64,000 bases of DNA from Candidatus Gottesmanbacteria bacterium (lineage in GTDB: Bacteria > Patescibacteriota > Microgenomatia > UBA10105 > UBA927), in the NCBI GenBank assembly GCA_963714095.1, contig OY970230.1, positions 596,084 to 660,083 of the forward strand, given 5' to 3'. Positions 1-9,074 of the stretch are shown piece after piece. Position numbers and translations under genes: made by a program. Every line of letters starts with the position of its first letter. Positions within the stretch are counted from its first letter, which is position 1. The notes below the pieces were generated by a model. That model saw only the letters and a program-made list of their open reading frames with translations. It made no database searches and was not told the DNA's origin.

Positions 1-71
1 CGAACCCACGGTCAGCTTGCGCCGACATTAGTTTTCAAGACTAACGCACTAAACCACTATGCGACCTCTCC
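1..71 (-). tRNA. tRNA-Ser(TGA), 3' end truncated by window edge
   Basis: Reverse complement GGAGAGGTCGCATAGTGG...TTAGT-CT-TGA-AA-ACTAA anticodon arm, long variable arm, GGTTCG T-loop at window edge. Confidence 0.9.
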
Positions 72-75
72 CGGG

Positions 76-160
76 CGGAGAGTGTGGGAGTTGAACCCAC
101 TCAGGACTATTCATCCCGCAGGTTTAGCAAACCTGTGCATTACCGTTCTGCCCACTCTCC
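76..160 (-). tRNA. tRNA-Ser(GCT)
   Basis: GGAGAGT/ACTCTCC acceptor stem, CAGGT-TT-GCT-AA-ACCTG anticodon arm, long variable arm, GGTTCAACTCC T-arm; CCA not encoded. Confidence 0.93.
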
Positions 161-169
161 GTGGCACCA

Positions 170-178
170 ATTATACCA
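170..178 (-). promoter_or_regulatory. Extended -10 promoter for tRNA-Ser pair
   Basis: TGGTATAAT on minus strand 9 nt upstream of tRNA 5' end. Confidence 0.6.
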
Positions 179-196
179 AGAAACGGGCCAAACCGC

Positions 197-835
197 TTAA
201 TCATTACTTTCAATGATCCATGCCTTTCCCGAAAAAATCGTAATCACTGCCTGCCTTCCGGTTACTTCATTACTTACACCGCGTGTGGTGCCGCGGATAA
301 GTTTCGTTTTGGGTAAATCGTAGCGAAAACCGGATAATGAAAGAATTATTTCTTTTGTATATGGAAGAATCGATACATACCGATAGTCTCCCAAACAATT
401 CAATATTGTGCGACCTCTCCTCACGAGTCGAACGCGGTTATTTTTATCCACTAACACGTGCGGTATTTGGGCGGTTAAAAGCGAATCCAATACACTTAAT
501 GTAGCCATAGAATGATCAATTCTGCTCCCCGTCCCGCCGAGAATCAGGACTTCGATTGGTTTCTTTTCAATCGCTCGGACGACGGCAAGCTCCATATCCG
601 TCCGATCTTTATCTTTTGGATAGTGCTGAATAGTCTGAACGGATTGATGAATTGTTTTTAATTCTTCCTCCGTTACCGAATCAAAATCGCCGATGGCAAC
701 GTCAGGAACTCTCCCCTGCTCAATCAGCCAATACGCAGCCCGATCAACGCCGATGACATAATCTTCCGGCTTAACTAAAGCAAGATATTTTTTCGAAAGT
801 ACTCCGTTGCCGACTATAACGACTTTTCGTTTCAT
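197..835 (-). CDS. thiN: Thiamine pyrophosphokinase
   Basis: IGVDRAA, PDVAIGDFDS, KDRTDMELA, GSRIDH, RGVSNE motifs; start moved to MKRKVVIVG. Confidence 0.9.
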   Translation of the reverse strand: MKRKVVIVGNGVLSKKYLALVKPEDYVIGVDRAAYWLIEQGRVPDVAIGDFDSVTEEELKTIHQSVQTIQHYPKDKDRTDMELAVVRAIEKKPIEVLILGGTGSRIDHSMATLSVLDSLLTAQIPHVLVDKNNRVRLVRRGRTILNCLGDYRYVSILPYTKEIILSLSGFRYDLPKTKLIRGTTRGVSNEVTGRQAVITIFSGKAWIIESND

Positions 836-840
836 ATATC

Positions 841-1491
841 CTATCGGGCTATTGAAACAGCCCAAACGCTCGCCGCTCCCGCCCGTTTTAATGCAATAGC
901 TGCACTTCTCATGGTCGCGCCTGTAGTACATACATCATCAAACAGGAGAACCCTGCCATAAAATTTTTTACTACTAAAAATATGTTTCATATTCTCGAGC
1001 CTGTCAGCCCGCTTCTTTATAGATGCTTGCGGCACTGTCTCTTTCATCCGCCGAAGAATATCAGTTCTAACTGTTATATTCAACCGATTTGCAAGAATGG
1101 TTCCCAAAATTTCCGCCTGATTAAATCCACGATCACGAAAACGGTTCGGATGAAGTGGAACAGGGATTAAAACATAATTGTTAAAATCGGGAACTGAAAT
1201 GAGACTAATAAATTCTTTCGATAAATCGGGAACTAACCTATATTTAATTGTCTTAATCGCTTTCCGTACGGGTCCGTCGTAATGGAAAAAACTCGTCAAT
1301 CCGTCGATACAGTAGCGTGTCCTGCATCCCGGATGAGTAACACCCTCAAAGGCCAGTCTTCCGCATATGGGGCAAATCAGCTCGTTGGGCCCAATCGGAC
1401 GCATTTTCTTCCGGCAAACCGAGCAAAAATAGTTCCCGATCCTCCCGCATCCGACACAGCGTTTGGGGAAAATAAAATCAAGAAGGTTCAT
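841..1491 (-). CDS. comF: ComF family protein (double zinc ribbon + PRTase)
   Basis: FPKRCVGC/CSVC/CPIC, PVPLH...RGFNQ, LLFDDVCTTGAT; start at MNLLDF supported by TATAAT 7 nt upstream. Confidence 0.9.
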   Translation of the reverse strand: MNLLDFIFPKRCVGCGRIGNYFCSVCRKKMRPIGPNELICPICGRLAFEGVTHPGCRTRYCIDGLTSFFHYDGPVRKAIKTIKYRLVPDLSKEFISLISVPDFNNYVLIPVPLHPNRFRDRGFNQAEILGTILANRLNITVRTDILRRMKETVPQASIKKRADRLENMKHIFSSKKFYGRVLLFDDVCTTGATMRSAAIALKRAGAASVWAVSIAR

Positions 1492-1504
1492 TAAAACCAT
1501 TATA

Positions 1505-1881
1505 GTGGAGACGGAGAGTAATGAGCTCTCGTCCAGAGCGATGTCCTAAAACATATCTACAGGCGTAGTCAATCTTTATAGTCGCTATCCCTTGTCCGAT
1601 TGACAGGAAAAGAATAGCCAAGACGTATTAAGCTTTACTACAAAGGAACGCCAAACCTTTGTAGCTGCATTCGGGCTGTGTTTACGCCTCAAAAATCCCA
1701 CCCAAAAAAGATTTATGAGACGGCCTTAGGCGTTAAGAACAGCGAACTGTCTTGGCGCGAATAAGGCTGCTATATCGTTTCGGATATCAGCATTTAGTTT
1801 TTGACTCGTGTTTTGCGACTCTAAGTCAAAGTCGGCCTGCAATGTTAAAGAGCTTCGGACTGTCGAATCTTGTACGTCCCC
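1505..1881 (-). ncRNA. ssrA: tmRNA
   Basis: 5' GGGGACGTACAAGATTCGAC and 3' CGTCTCCAC form the tRNA-like acceptor stem; internal tag ORF at 1791-1726; lies directly downstream of smpB. Confidence 0.9.
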
Positions 1882-1882
1882 A

Positions 1883-2326
1883 TTATTTTACTTTCCCCCG
1901 ATACTGCCGCTCAAGCTCGCGCCGCTGATCTTCTCTGCGTTTCACTTCACGTTTCTCGTACTCCTTTTTCCCGCGCGCAAGACCGATTTCGAGCTTCACA
2001 AGGGGACCTTTAGTATACCAGGAGAGGGGTATCAGGGTCAAATTGGCGCCATCCAGCTTGCTCTTTAACCGTATAAGTTCAGCCTTGTGAAGCAAAAGTT
2101 TCCGGGTTCTCTTCGGGTCGTAGCCTTCGGGCCGGGCATAAATATAGGGGAAAATCTGTGCGTTGACGAGGTACGCCTCACTCCCGATAATCCGCACAAA
2201 CGCACCGGTAAGCTGCGCATGGCCGCTTTTTATGGATTTGACTTCTGCGCCCGTCAAATTAATCCCGGCCTCAAAACGCTCCAGGATCTCATACTCAAAC
2301 GCGGCTTTTTTATTGAAAATTTTCAT
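1883..2326 (-). CDS. smpB: SsrA-binding protein
   Basis: NKKAAFEYEILERFEAGINLTGAEVKS, RTRKLLLHK, GKKEYEKRE. Confidence 0.97.
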   Translation of the reverse strand: MKIFNKKAAFEYEILERFEAGINLTGAEVKSIKSGHAQLTGAFVRIIGSEAYLVNAQIFPYIYARPEGYDPKRTRKLLLHKAELIRLKSKLDGANLTLIPLSWYTKGPLVKLEIGLARGKKEYEKREVKRREDQRRELERQYRGKVK

Positions 2327-2330
2327 ACAG

Positions 2331-2352
2331 CCCTGCCTTCGGCAGGCAAGCC
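2331..2352. repeat. Short GC-rich palindrome (REP-like) in smpB leader
   Basis: CCTGCC-TTC-GGCAGG(CAAG) hairpin between a TAAAAT box and the smpB ATG. Confidence 0.45.
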
Positions 2353-2361
2353 TATTTTACG

Positions 2362-4185
2362 CTATTTAAGATCAATTGCGTAGAGCTGTCCGGAGGCTAA
2401 AAGGTATATCTTTTTCTGACTCTCAGATACGGCCAACTGTGTAGGTACAACAGCATCCTTCCAAACGTATTGCGCAATGTACATCCCGTCTTTACCCAAC
2501 ACCACCACGCGTTTATTTTCGCCGTCGAGGACATAGAGGTTCGTCGTTGTATCGCTGGTGTAGACGGTCAGATTTTGCCCGAACGCTGGATCAACACCCT
2601 GCGGGATGAATGTGTCAATTTTCCCCTGAGTAAACTTTATAATGTTTCCGTCGGCGGTCCCGACCCAAACCGACCCGTCAATCGCCATACTTGTTGCACG
2701 GCTCAAATCAGGAAGCGTATCGGGGTTGAGATACTCCCGAAGTTCTGAAAAACCCGTATCGGTCGCCACATACTTCCAAATACGGCTTTTCTCTCTGTCC
2801 AACAAATACAGATTACCCCCGAAAGAAATCAGTGACGAAATGGTTCCCCACTGCGGATCTTTTTTTACGACGTTTGCCACTGTTTGTTTATCCGTTAACC
2901 CGACCTCATTAATACCCGAATCCGTCAACACATAGACATTCGTACCGTGAATCGCGACGTACGAGAGTCCGACATACGATTGACCGCCGCCTACTACCTG
3001 CGCATTTTTACTGGTTACATCCACCGCGTAGACTGTTTTGGTTCCCTGATCCGTGATACCCATTGTTGTATCCTCAAACCCGATGAAAGAAATTTTTCCG
3101 TCTTTCTTTACAAGCCCTGCATCAAAAAATAGCTCCGGTTTCACGTTGTAGATCTGCATGGCTAATGTAAGATTATCCGTTACCTGACCGTAGAGATTTG
3201 CAACTTCTATACCTTCCTCGCTTCGCGGCGAAACGGAAGAGCGCAATGGATCCAATAATTGCTTTGCTGCAACCAGCCGCTCGCGGCCCTTCACGGGATT
3301 GAGTGACGCAAGAGCGACTCCTTCATCCAATGCATGCTGCGCATCATTTATAGTACTCACGACTGATTGATTTTTCACCTGCGTCACCTGTTTGACGACA
3401 CCCAATAAAACGCTGACGGCAAAGACTGTTCCTAAGGCAACCGTCAGTATCGCGGTTGCTTTTTTCGGATGCGAACGGATCCTGCGAATGGTCGATTTTA
3501 TGTATATCGGGGAAAAATAATGCCGGAGACTCCTTAAATTCCGCGGGTGAAACCATAAAGGCAACAGGGGTGTTGTTTCTTTAACAGCCGATCCGGTCAC
3601 ATGAACCCGTGTGTCCGGAATCTCTAAATCGTAGAAGTCGTGGATCTGCAGGATAAGTGCAGCGCTCCCCTCTCCGTACTCTTTTTCGTGAAGAAGCAGC
3701 GTTAAGCGTTCGGCGACCTCAGCGGTAGGCAAATGATCAAACACCTGTGTCAGCTCTTCCTGACGGATTGCTTTGGAAAATTCAGCAGATGTCAGAAGGA
3801 GTGTGTCACCGATTTTTACCTCGCCCGAAATTTCTCCGGATCCGTGGATAAGATTGGCAAATTCACGTCCTCGCTTGAGATACACATTTCCGGCGCCGGA
3901 AAGTACGATATAAAAAATATTGCCGACGGGAACAGCAACCAGTATGGTACGGACTCCGTCTTCCGTTGCACCGGCCACAATACGGGAAAGTGCTTTGAGG
4001 CTTACGGGGTCATCGGTCAATTGTTGGCTGAGTGTGCTTAATACATGAATTCCTGCGGCTCTTGCGGCCCCGTCCGCAAACGCTACCTCAACAACACCGT
4101 AAGCGTTGGGCAACTGGAGTATTTGTGCCCAATGGGTAACGCTGGTAGGCCCCACTACAGACCCTATCAAAGGCTTGATATGCAT
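2362..4185 (-). CDS. Membrane-anchored protein: degenerate PP2C-like N-terminus, one TM, C-terminal beta-propeller
   Basis: 607 aa ORF; GDTLLLTS PP2C-like segment, central hydrophobic helix, GNLYLLD/AIDGSVWV/NLYVLD repeats. Confidence 0.55.
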   Translation of the reverse strand: MHIKPLIGSVVGPTSVTHWAQILQLPNAYGVVEVAFADGAARAAGIHVLSTLSQQLTDDPVSLKALSRIVAGATEDGVRTILVAVPVGNIFYIVLSGAGNVYLKRGREFANLIHGSGEISGEVKIGDTLLLTSAEFSKAIRQEELTQVFDHLPTAEVAERLTLLLHEKEYGEGSAALILQIHDFYDLEIPDTRVHVTGSAVKETTPLLPLWFHPRNLRSLRHYFSPIYIKSTIRRIRSHPKKATAILTVALGTVFAVSVLLGVVKQVTQVKNQSVVSTINDAQHALDEGVALASLNPVKGRERLVAAKQLLDPLRSSVSPRSEEGIEVANLYGQVTDNLTLAMQIYNVKPELFFDAGLVKKDGKISFIGFEDTTMGITDQGTKTVYAVDVTSKNAQVVGGGQSYVGLSYVAIHGTNVYVLTDSGINEVGLTDKQTVANVVKKDPQWGTISSLISFGGNLYLLDREKSRIWKYVATDTGFSELREYLNPDTLPDLSRATSMAIDGSVWVGTADGNIIKFTQGKIDTFIPQGVDPAFGQNLTVYTSDTTTNLYVLDGENKRVVVLGKDGMYIAQYVWKDAVVPTQLAVSESQKKIYLLASGQLYAIDLK

Positions 4186-4239
4186 ACGTATCCTATTATA
4201 TGTATCTTAGCACGACCGGGAAGTAACGGGAGGAAAATG

Positions 4240-4461
4240 TTACAAAAAAACAACGGATACCGCAAGGAGTATGAGTGTCGCGATAAGATTTGCGATCACG
4301 AAGGATCTGATAATCGGCTGAAACTGTTCTTCCAGGACGTGTGCCATAAGTTGTTCCTGCCGGACAAGCACCCCTGCAAACACGGCATAGATAACGAGGC
4401 TCGCGATCACAAAAATCTTTATTATTAAAAGCATATAGGAGGAAATTATTGTTGGTGTCAT
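4240..4461 (-). CDS. Small two-TM membrane protein
   Basis: 73 aa with two hydrophobic segments; ATGA overlap with upstream gene. Confidence 0.7.
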   Translation of the reverse strand: MTPTIISSYMLLIIKIFVIASLVIYAVFAGVLVRQEQLMAHVLEEQFQPIIRSFVIANLIATLILLAVSVVFL

Positions 4462-5123
4462 ATGGGATCCGGCTCCACACTTTCTGTCAGTTCCCGGATC
4501 GTTTCCACAACCTTTTCCGGAAACGGAATTGCCAAAAATTCAATATTCGGGGCTTCCCCGGCAGTTTCAACAATGACGTTGCCATAATTAAAGATCGTTG
4601 CAAAAATTCCGCCGCTCGTATAGTTAATATCCTGAATTTTAACAAGTTCCGCCTCGGCAAATTTTTTGTATAACAAATACAAAAAATCTATATCGACGAT
4701 CCGCTCATTGGTCACGATATAAATATTAAAAAACCATCCGATGAAGCTTTCCAGGGCAAATCCGAACGTTGCAAGATACCAAAACAGGGTACCGATAACG
4801 TAATATGAAGCGGGAAGTGTCAAATTCAGGCTTAATGCGTGGAACAGGCGGGGAAAAATAAGTGTCGGAGAAATTACCAGAACTATGGTAATCAGTATCC
4901 ATGGAACATTCACGATAAAATGCTGCCGTAAAAACAGGATAACTTTTTCCGCATCCTCCTGGGTTTCGAATCGGAGCGAGGTCGGGTTGACGGCAAAAGC
5001 AGTAAGCGGACGCATCCTGGTCGGCGGCTGGAGCTTCGGAGAAAAATGCCTGGTTTTCGATACCGTCGAGGCGGGCACAGGGGCGGGGGCGGGCTTTGTT
5101 GGTGATACAAATATGGTCGGCAC
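4458..5123 (-). CDS. Bacterial PH-domain (bPH_2-like) membrane protein
   Basis: Two TMs followed by YIVTNERIVD...KIQDI...FNYGNVIVETAG. Confidence 0.8.
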   Translation of the reverse strand: MPTIFVSPTKPAPAPVPASTVSKTRHFSPKLQPPTRMRPLTAFAVNPTSLRFETQEDAEKVILFLRQHFIVNVPWILITIVLVISPTLIFPRLFHALSLNLTLPASYYVIGTLFWYLATFGFALESFIGWFFNIYIVTNERIVDIDFLYLLYKKFAEAELVKIQDINYTSGGIFATIFNYGNVIVETAGEAPNIEFLAIPFPEKVVETIRELTESVEPDPI

Positions 5124-5145
5124 GGGCTTATTGTACTATGGACAC

Positions 5146-6906
5146 TCACTGTTTCTCAACATTATACAGGGGTCCGACGATTTGAATAGTACTTGGCGCC
5201 CGTAAGTTAAAATACGTTTTAAACGTATCGCCGTCAAATGTATGAGTTCCCGCATCTCCGGATACAGTAACTGACATCGTGCGCCCTGTACTAAAATCCG
5301 CGCCTATCGATACGCCGGAAATTGAAGTATATGCGGCGCCTCCTAGTTTAGAGCGGACCGTACCGGCATCCCACGTATCAACTCCATCCGGATTCGGTTT
5401 ATCGGGTTGCGTCAGATGATTTTGAGCACTACTGTCCTGCTGGGCAAGAAGAATAACGTTCACAATATCCGCAAGTTCGTCGGGTTTAAGCCAGGCGGTA
5501 CCGCCGTAATCACTTCTTCCTCCCCAATCACAATAAAACCAGGGAGAGTCGCGGTCATATGCTTTACTGTTTAAATCCGAAAAACTCGCGACAGGTCCGG
5601 TTGTATCAACAGCCCGCTTCGTATACGAAGTACTCGACCACCCCTGCAAATCTCCTGTAGCAAACACATATCCTCCGTGGGTTGAAGAGAAAAATGCTTT
5701 AATCGGAGAACCTCCCTGCATCATGACCTGACCTGCCGTTCCTGCGACCGCAGCGTCCCAATTCCCGCCTTTAGGATTCGGCTGAAACACCTGACACTGC
5801 TGGGTCGTACAGATAGATCCGGCACCGTTATTCGTATACGCCATGACGTATGACCGTACGGCAATTGCCTGAGCCTTGAGGGCGGCCAAATTATTATCCG
5901 TCCAGGAATCTGGTACTTCATACACCCGTTTCACATAATCCTCCAGCGAGAAATCGCCGTATCCGTCCACATGAATTTTTGTATTGGTATCGACGTTTGA
6001 AATGGAGTCAAAATTGTAATATGCCCGCAGAATTGTTTCATCGTCCTGTCCGGCTTTTGCCCGTCCCCATGCCCCATATTGATTTAACCCGACACGGTTT
6101 GGTACGCCGTACGTAAAAAATCCGAATCCGCCGCTAAAGCCCGGGTTTTTCCCGTTTGTCAGGTCACTGGAACAGCCACCACCGCTGATTGCGAAAAGCG
6201 GTATACCTAATCCCGAAAGTTTTTGGCTTAAAAACTCCTGCTGACGGGCGCTGATAACCGCAATATACCCCTGAACCGTCGATTCATACGCATCTGCCTG
6301 AGCAACTAAAGCGCGGACAGCTACCGCCCTCCTGTCCGTGTCAGCCTTGAGCGCCGCGAGTGTGGCTTTTTCATCTTCCAGCGCTTTCTTTTTATCCTCA
6401 AGGTCTTTCACAGAAACGGCAATCTGCGTAATAACTTTTTTATCTTCGTTCACTGCAGCCTGCTGATACCCCATGGTTCGCACTGCCGACCCGATGTTAG
6501 TTGAGGAAAGAAGCAAATACATAGGGTTTAACGTGTAACTGCGCATATAAAACTGACGGATGCGTTCATCAGCCAGCGCTAACGACGCTTCCAGTTCTTT
6601 CTCCCCGGCTGCAATTTCCTGCGTTTTTGTAGCGACATCCGCCTCAATCACGGTAATGCGCGCCTCAAACGCGGCGATCGCCTTGTTCATACTATCCAGT
6701 TCGTCCCGCGACGGACGGACTGCATTTTCCATATTCTGGATACTCTCGCCGCATTTTGCCAACAATCCCCGCAAAAAATCCTGATCTGTGCTTGTCTGCA
6801 CTTTCGCGATATTATCCGGCGTACATTCCTGAGCAATAACGTGCGGCGGGAACATGCTGATACTCAGTGCTACAACAACCAACAACAGCCAGCTTATTCG
6901 TTTCAT
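5146..6906 (-). CDS. Secreted coiled-coil + SpoIID/LytB-domain peptidoglycan lytic protein
   Basis: Signal peptide, long coiled coil, GLNQYGAWGRA, YEVP..W...ALKAQAIAVRSY, ICTTQQCQVF, FFSSTHGG. Confidence 0.85.
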   Translation of the reverse strand: MKRISWLLLVVVALSISMFPPHVIAQECTPDNIAKVQTSTDQDFLRGLLAKCGESIQNMENAVRPSRDELDSMNKAIAAFEARITVIEADVATKTQEIAAGEKELEASLALADERIRQFYMRSYTLNPMYLLLSSTNIGSAVRTMGYQQAAVNEDKKVITQIAVSVKDLEDKKKALEDEKATLAALKADTDRRAVAVRALVAQADAYESTVQGYIAVISARQQEFLSQKLSGLGIPLFAISGGGCSSDLTNGKNPGFSGGFGFFTYGVPNRVGLNQYGAWGRAKAGQDDETILRAYYNFDSISNVDTNTKIHVDGYGDFSLEDYVKRVYEVPDSWTDNNLAALKAQAIAVRSYVMAYTNNGAGSICTTQQCQVFQPNPKGGNWDAAVAGTAGQVMMQGGSPIKAFFSSTHGGYVFATGDLQGWSSTSYTKRAVDTTGPVASFSDLNSKAYDRDSPWFYCDWGGRSDYGGTAWLKPDELADIVNVILLAQQDSSAQNHLTQPDKPNPDGVDTWDAGTVRSKLGGAAYTSISGVSIGADFSTGRTMSVTVSGDAGTHTFDGDTFKTYFNLRAPSTIQIVGPLYNVEKQ

Positions 6907-6983
6907 ACGGGAAATCCGGCAATTTTCTTTCCGGTGAGTCTATTGTATCATGAGCACAGAGGTCTTTTTTAAAAAATATCCCG

Positions 6984-7820
6984 ATGCGGAAAAAATTATT
7001 TTACGTTCTTTTTTTACTAGTCTTCAGTTCCTTGCTTCCCAAAGCAAACGTTGTGAAAGCACAGGGATACATCTACTGCGTCGTGGATGTTCAGGGCTGC
7101 ATACTTAATGTTACGGGTCATCCGGGCGGAGGAGCAATAAATTGTGATACTGGATATGTACCACCTTGCCCTTCAACTGCTCCTGACTGCTGCACATATT
7201 ACGCTACAACACATAACAACAACTGTCCTAACCAGGTTGCGTGTGTTAACCCCGCCGCGCCGACTCCTACACCGACACCAACACCAACCGGTCCGACGCC
7301 TACACCAAATGTAAACGATCCTTGTTATATCCTTCATCAAACTAATCCGACATTATGCAGTGGCAGTGTCCCCTGTAATGATCCTACTAACAATGTCTGT
7401 CAAACGGATCCGAGTCTTCCTGCCCCTTGCACCGGAAAATGTGTATCGAAATCAACCGGACAGAGCGGTACGGCACCCGGCGACGTTTGTAATTTTGCAG
7501 GTACCCAGAAAACCGCGTGCCAAGGGTGTATGGCCAACGGAGCCGGCGCCTGGACTGCACTCGGGTGTATCCATGCCACCCCTCAACTGTTTATTACTGA
7601 AATACTGCGGGTGGGTATCGATATTGCCGGAGGCATTGCACTCCTCCTCATCCTTATCGGCGGGTTCCAGGTTTTAACAAGCTCAGGCAACCCGGAACAT
7701 CTCAATGCAGGGAAAGAACTGATCACCAGCGCCATTGCAGGATTATTGATTATTCTTTTTTCCCTCTTCATTCTCCAACTCATCGGAGTTAAAATATTTG
7801 CTATACCGGGATTTGGATAA
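6984..7820 (+). CDS. VirB2/TrbC-like pilin with Cys-rich N-terminal extension and PT linker
   Basis: Signal peptide, 18 Cys in modules, PTPTPT linker, C-terminal TM-GFQVLTSSGNPEHLNAGKELITSAIAGL-TM pilin signature. Confidence 0.8.
   Translation: MRKKLFYVLFLLVFSSLLPKANVVKAQGYIYCVVDVQGCILNVTGHPGGGAINCDTGYVPPCPSTAPDCCTYYATTHNNNCPNQVACVNPAAPTPTPTPTPTGPTPTPNVNDPCYILHQTNPTLCSGSVPCNDPTNNVCQTDPSLPAPCTGKCVSKSTGQSGTAPGDVCNFAGTQKTACQGCMANGAGAWTALGCIHATPQLFITEILRVGIDIAGGIALLLILIGGFQVLTSSGNPEHLNAGKELITSAIAGLLIILFSLFILQLIGVKIFAIPGFG
7469..7819 (+). repeat. 351-bp direct repeat copy 1 (constant pilin cassette)
   Basis: Reads identical by eye to 8361-8711 (TACGGCACCCGGCGAC...GGATTTGGATA). Confidence 0.95.
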
Positions 7821-7983
7821 TATCTATAGCGTCAATTATAAATTGTTAACAATCTCCCCTACCTATCGCATCCTGCTGCATAAATACATCTACAGTTAAT
7901 TGCCAGAGAGATCTAAAACAGTTTTGAACCAAGTTCTATACCTCCGATTTGGAAATAATGCATTTATGCTAAACTGAAAAAGA

Positions 7984-8712
7984 ATGAAAAAACTCCTTTT
8001 TTGTTACTTCCTGCTTCTTGTTCTACCTTTTATTCTTCCTAACCATGTTTTGGGTGCACCCAATTGCTCCAAAAAGACTGGAATGATCGTTGCATGTAAG
8101 GACGCAACGCAACCTGTGCAATGTATGGTGGGATTCGATTACTATTGCTGCGCTACACAAAATGACTGTACTCTCCAACAAAATCTGGGAAATGGGAGTA
8201 CCTGCAAAACGGGTGAAGGCGGTGACGATCAACCTTGTTGTGGTGGAGAGGGTGGTTCATGTAATCCAGGCTTAATTTGTACATATAGTACCTCAGGAAC
8301 AGGATCTATCCAACCAGCGAGTTGGAATTGTTTATCACCAAGTGAGATACCAACAGCTAATACGGCACCCGGCGACGTTTGTAATTTTGCAGGTACCCAG
8401 AAAACCGCGTGCCAAGGGTGTATGGCCAACGGAGCCGGCGCCTGGACTGCACTCGGGTGTATCCATGCCACCCCTCAACTGTTTATTACTGAAATACTGC
8501 GGGTGGGTATCGATATTGCCGGAGGCATTGCACTCCTCCTCATCCTTATCGGCGGGTTCCAGGTTTTAACAAGCTCAGGCAACCCGGAACATCTCAATGC
8601 AGGGAAAGAACTGATCACCAGCGCCATTGCAGGATTATTGATTATTCTTTTTTCCCTCTTCATTCTCCAACTCATCGGAGTTAAAATATTTGCTATACCG
8701 GGATTTGGATAG
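7984..8712 (+). CDS. VirB2/TrbC-like pilin with a different Cys-rich N-terminal extension
   Basis: Signal peptide, two 6-Cys modules, C-terminal 116 aa identical to 6984-7820. Confidence 0.8.
   Translation: MKKLLFCYFLLLVLPFILPNHVLGAPNCSKKTGMIVACKDATQPVQCMVGFDYYCCATQNDCTLQQNLGNGSTCKTGEGGDDQPCCGGEGGSCNPGLICTYSTSGTGSIQPASWNCLSPSEIPTANTAPGDVCNFAGTQKTACQGCMANGAGAWTALGCIHATPQLFITEILRVGIDIAGGIALLLILIGGFQVLTSSGNPEHLNAGKELITSAIAGLLIILFSLFILQLIGVKIFAIPGFG
8361..8711 (+). repeat. 351-bp direct repeat copy 2
   Basis: Identical to 7469-7819; diverges at the last stop-codon base (TAA vs TAG). Confidence 0.95.
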
Positions 8713-8717
8713 AGATT

Positions 8718-9074
8718 ATGCATAACAACCTGTTAACACAAAATTTAACGTTGCCGGGGGTGACCGGATCCATTAAGGGGCCCCTCGGTACACTCGGAGG
8801 ATCATCCATAGGGTCCAATTTTACCATCGGGGGCATTCTATCCGCTGCAATTCCTTTAGTTTTTGCCTTTGCAGGTTTAGGGTTACTTTTAATGCTGATT
8901 TCCGCCGGCTACGCGTTTTTAACGAGTGCAGGAGACGCCAAAAAAATGGAACAGGGGAAATCCCGGCTCACCAATGCGCTGGTCGGATTCATTCTTGTAT
9001 TTGCCGCGTACTGGATCGTCCAGCTTACCGGCAACATCTTCGGACTTCAGTCTATTACCACCATCTTCAAATAA
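8718..9074 (+). CDS. VirB2/TrbC-like pilin
   Basis: TM-GYAFLTSAGDAKKMEQGKSRLTNALVG-TM. Confidence 0.8.
   Translation: MHNNLLTQNLTLPGVTGSIKGPLGTLGGSSIGSNFTIGGILSAAIPLVFAFAGLGLLLMLISAGYAFLTSAGDAKKMEQGKSRLTNALVGFILVFAAYWIVQLTGNIFGLQSITTIFK

Noticed and set aside
4196-4480. 94-aa alternative ORF
   Set aside because: Overlaps the 73-aa two-TM ORF, which has the better ATGA coupling and a membrane-protein pattern.
7252-7310. ACACCA/CCGAC short repeats as a CRISPR or contingency locus
   Set aside because: They encode a Pro-Thr linker with varied codons; no spacers or cas genes.
7821-7983. Possible degenerate stub of pilin 8718 or small RNA after the first cassette
   Set aside because: Only a TGTTAACA 8-mer is shared and no convincing structure is visible.
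7469-8711. 351-bp repeat as a DGR template/variable pair or IS ends
   Set aside because: No adenine-specific mismatches, no reverse transcriptase or transposase in the window, and both copies are in-frame coding.
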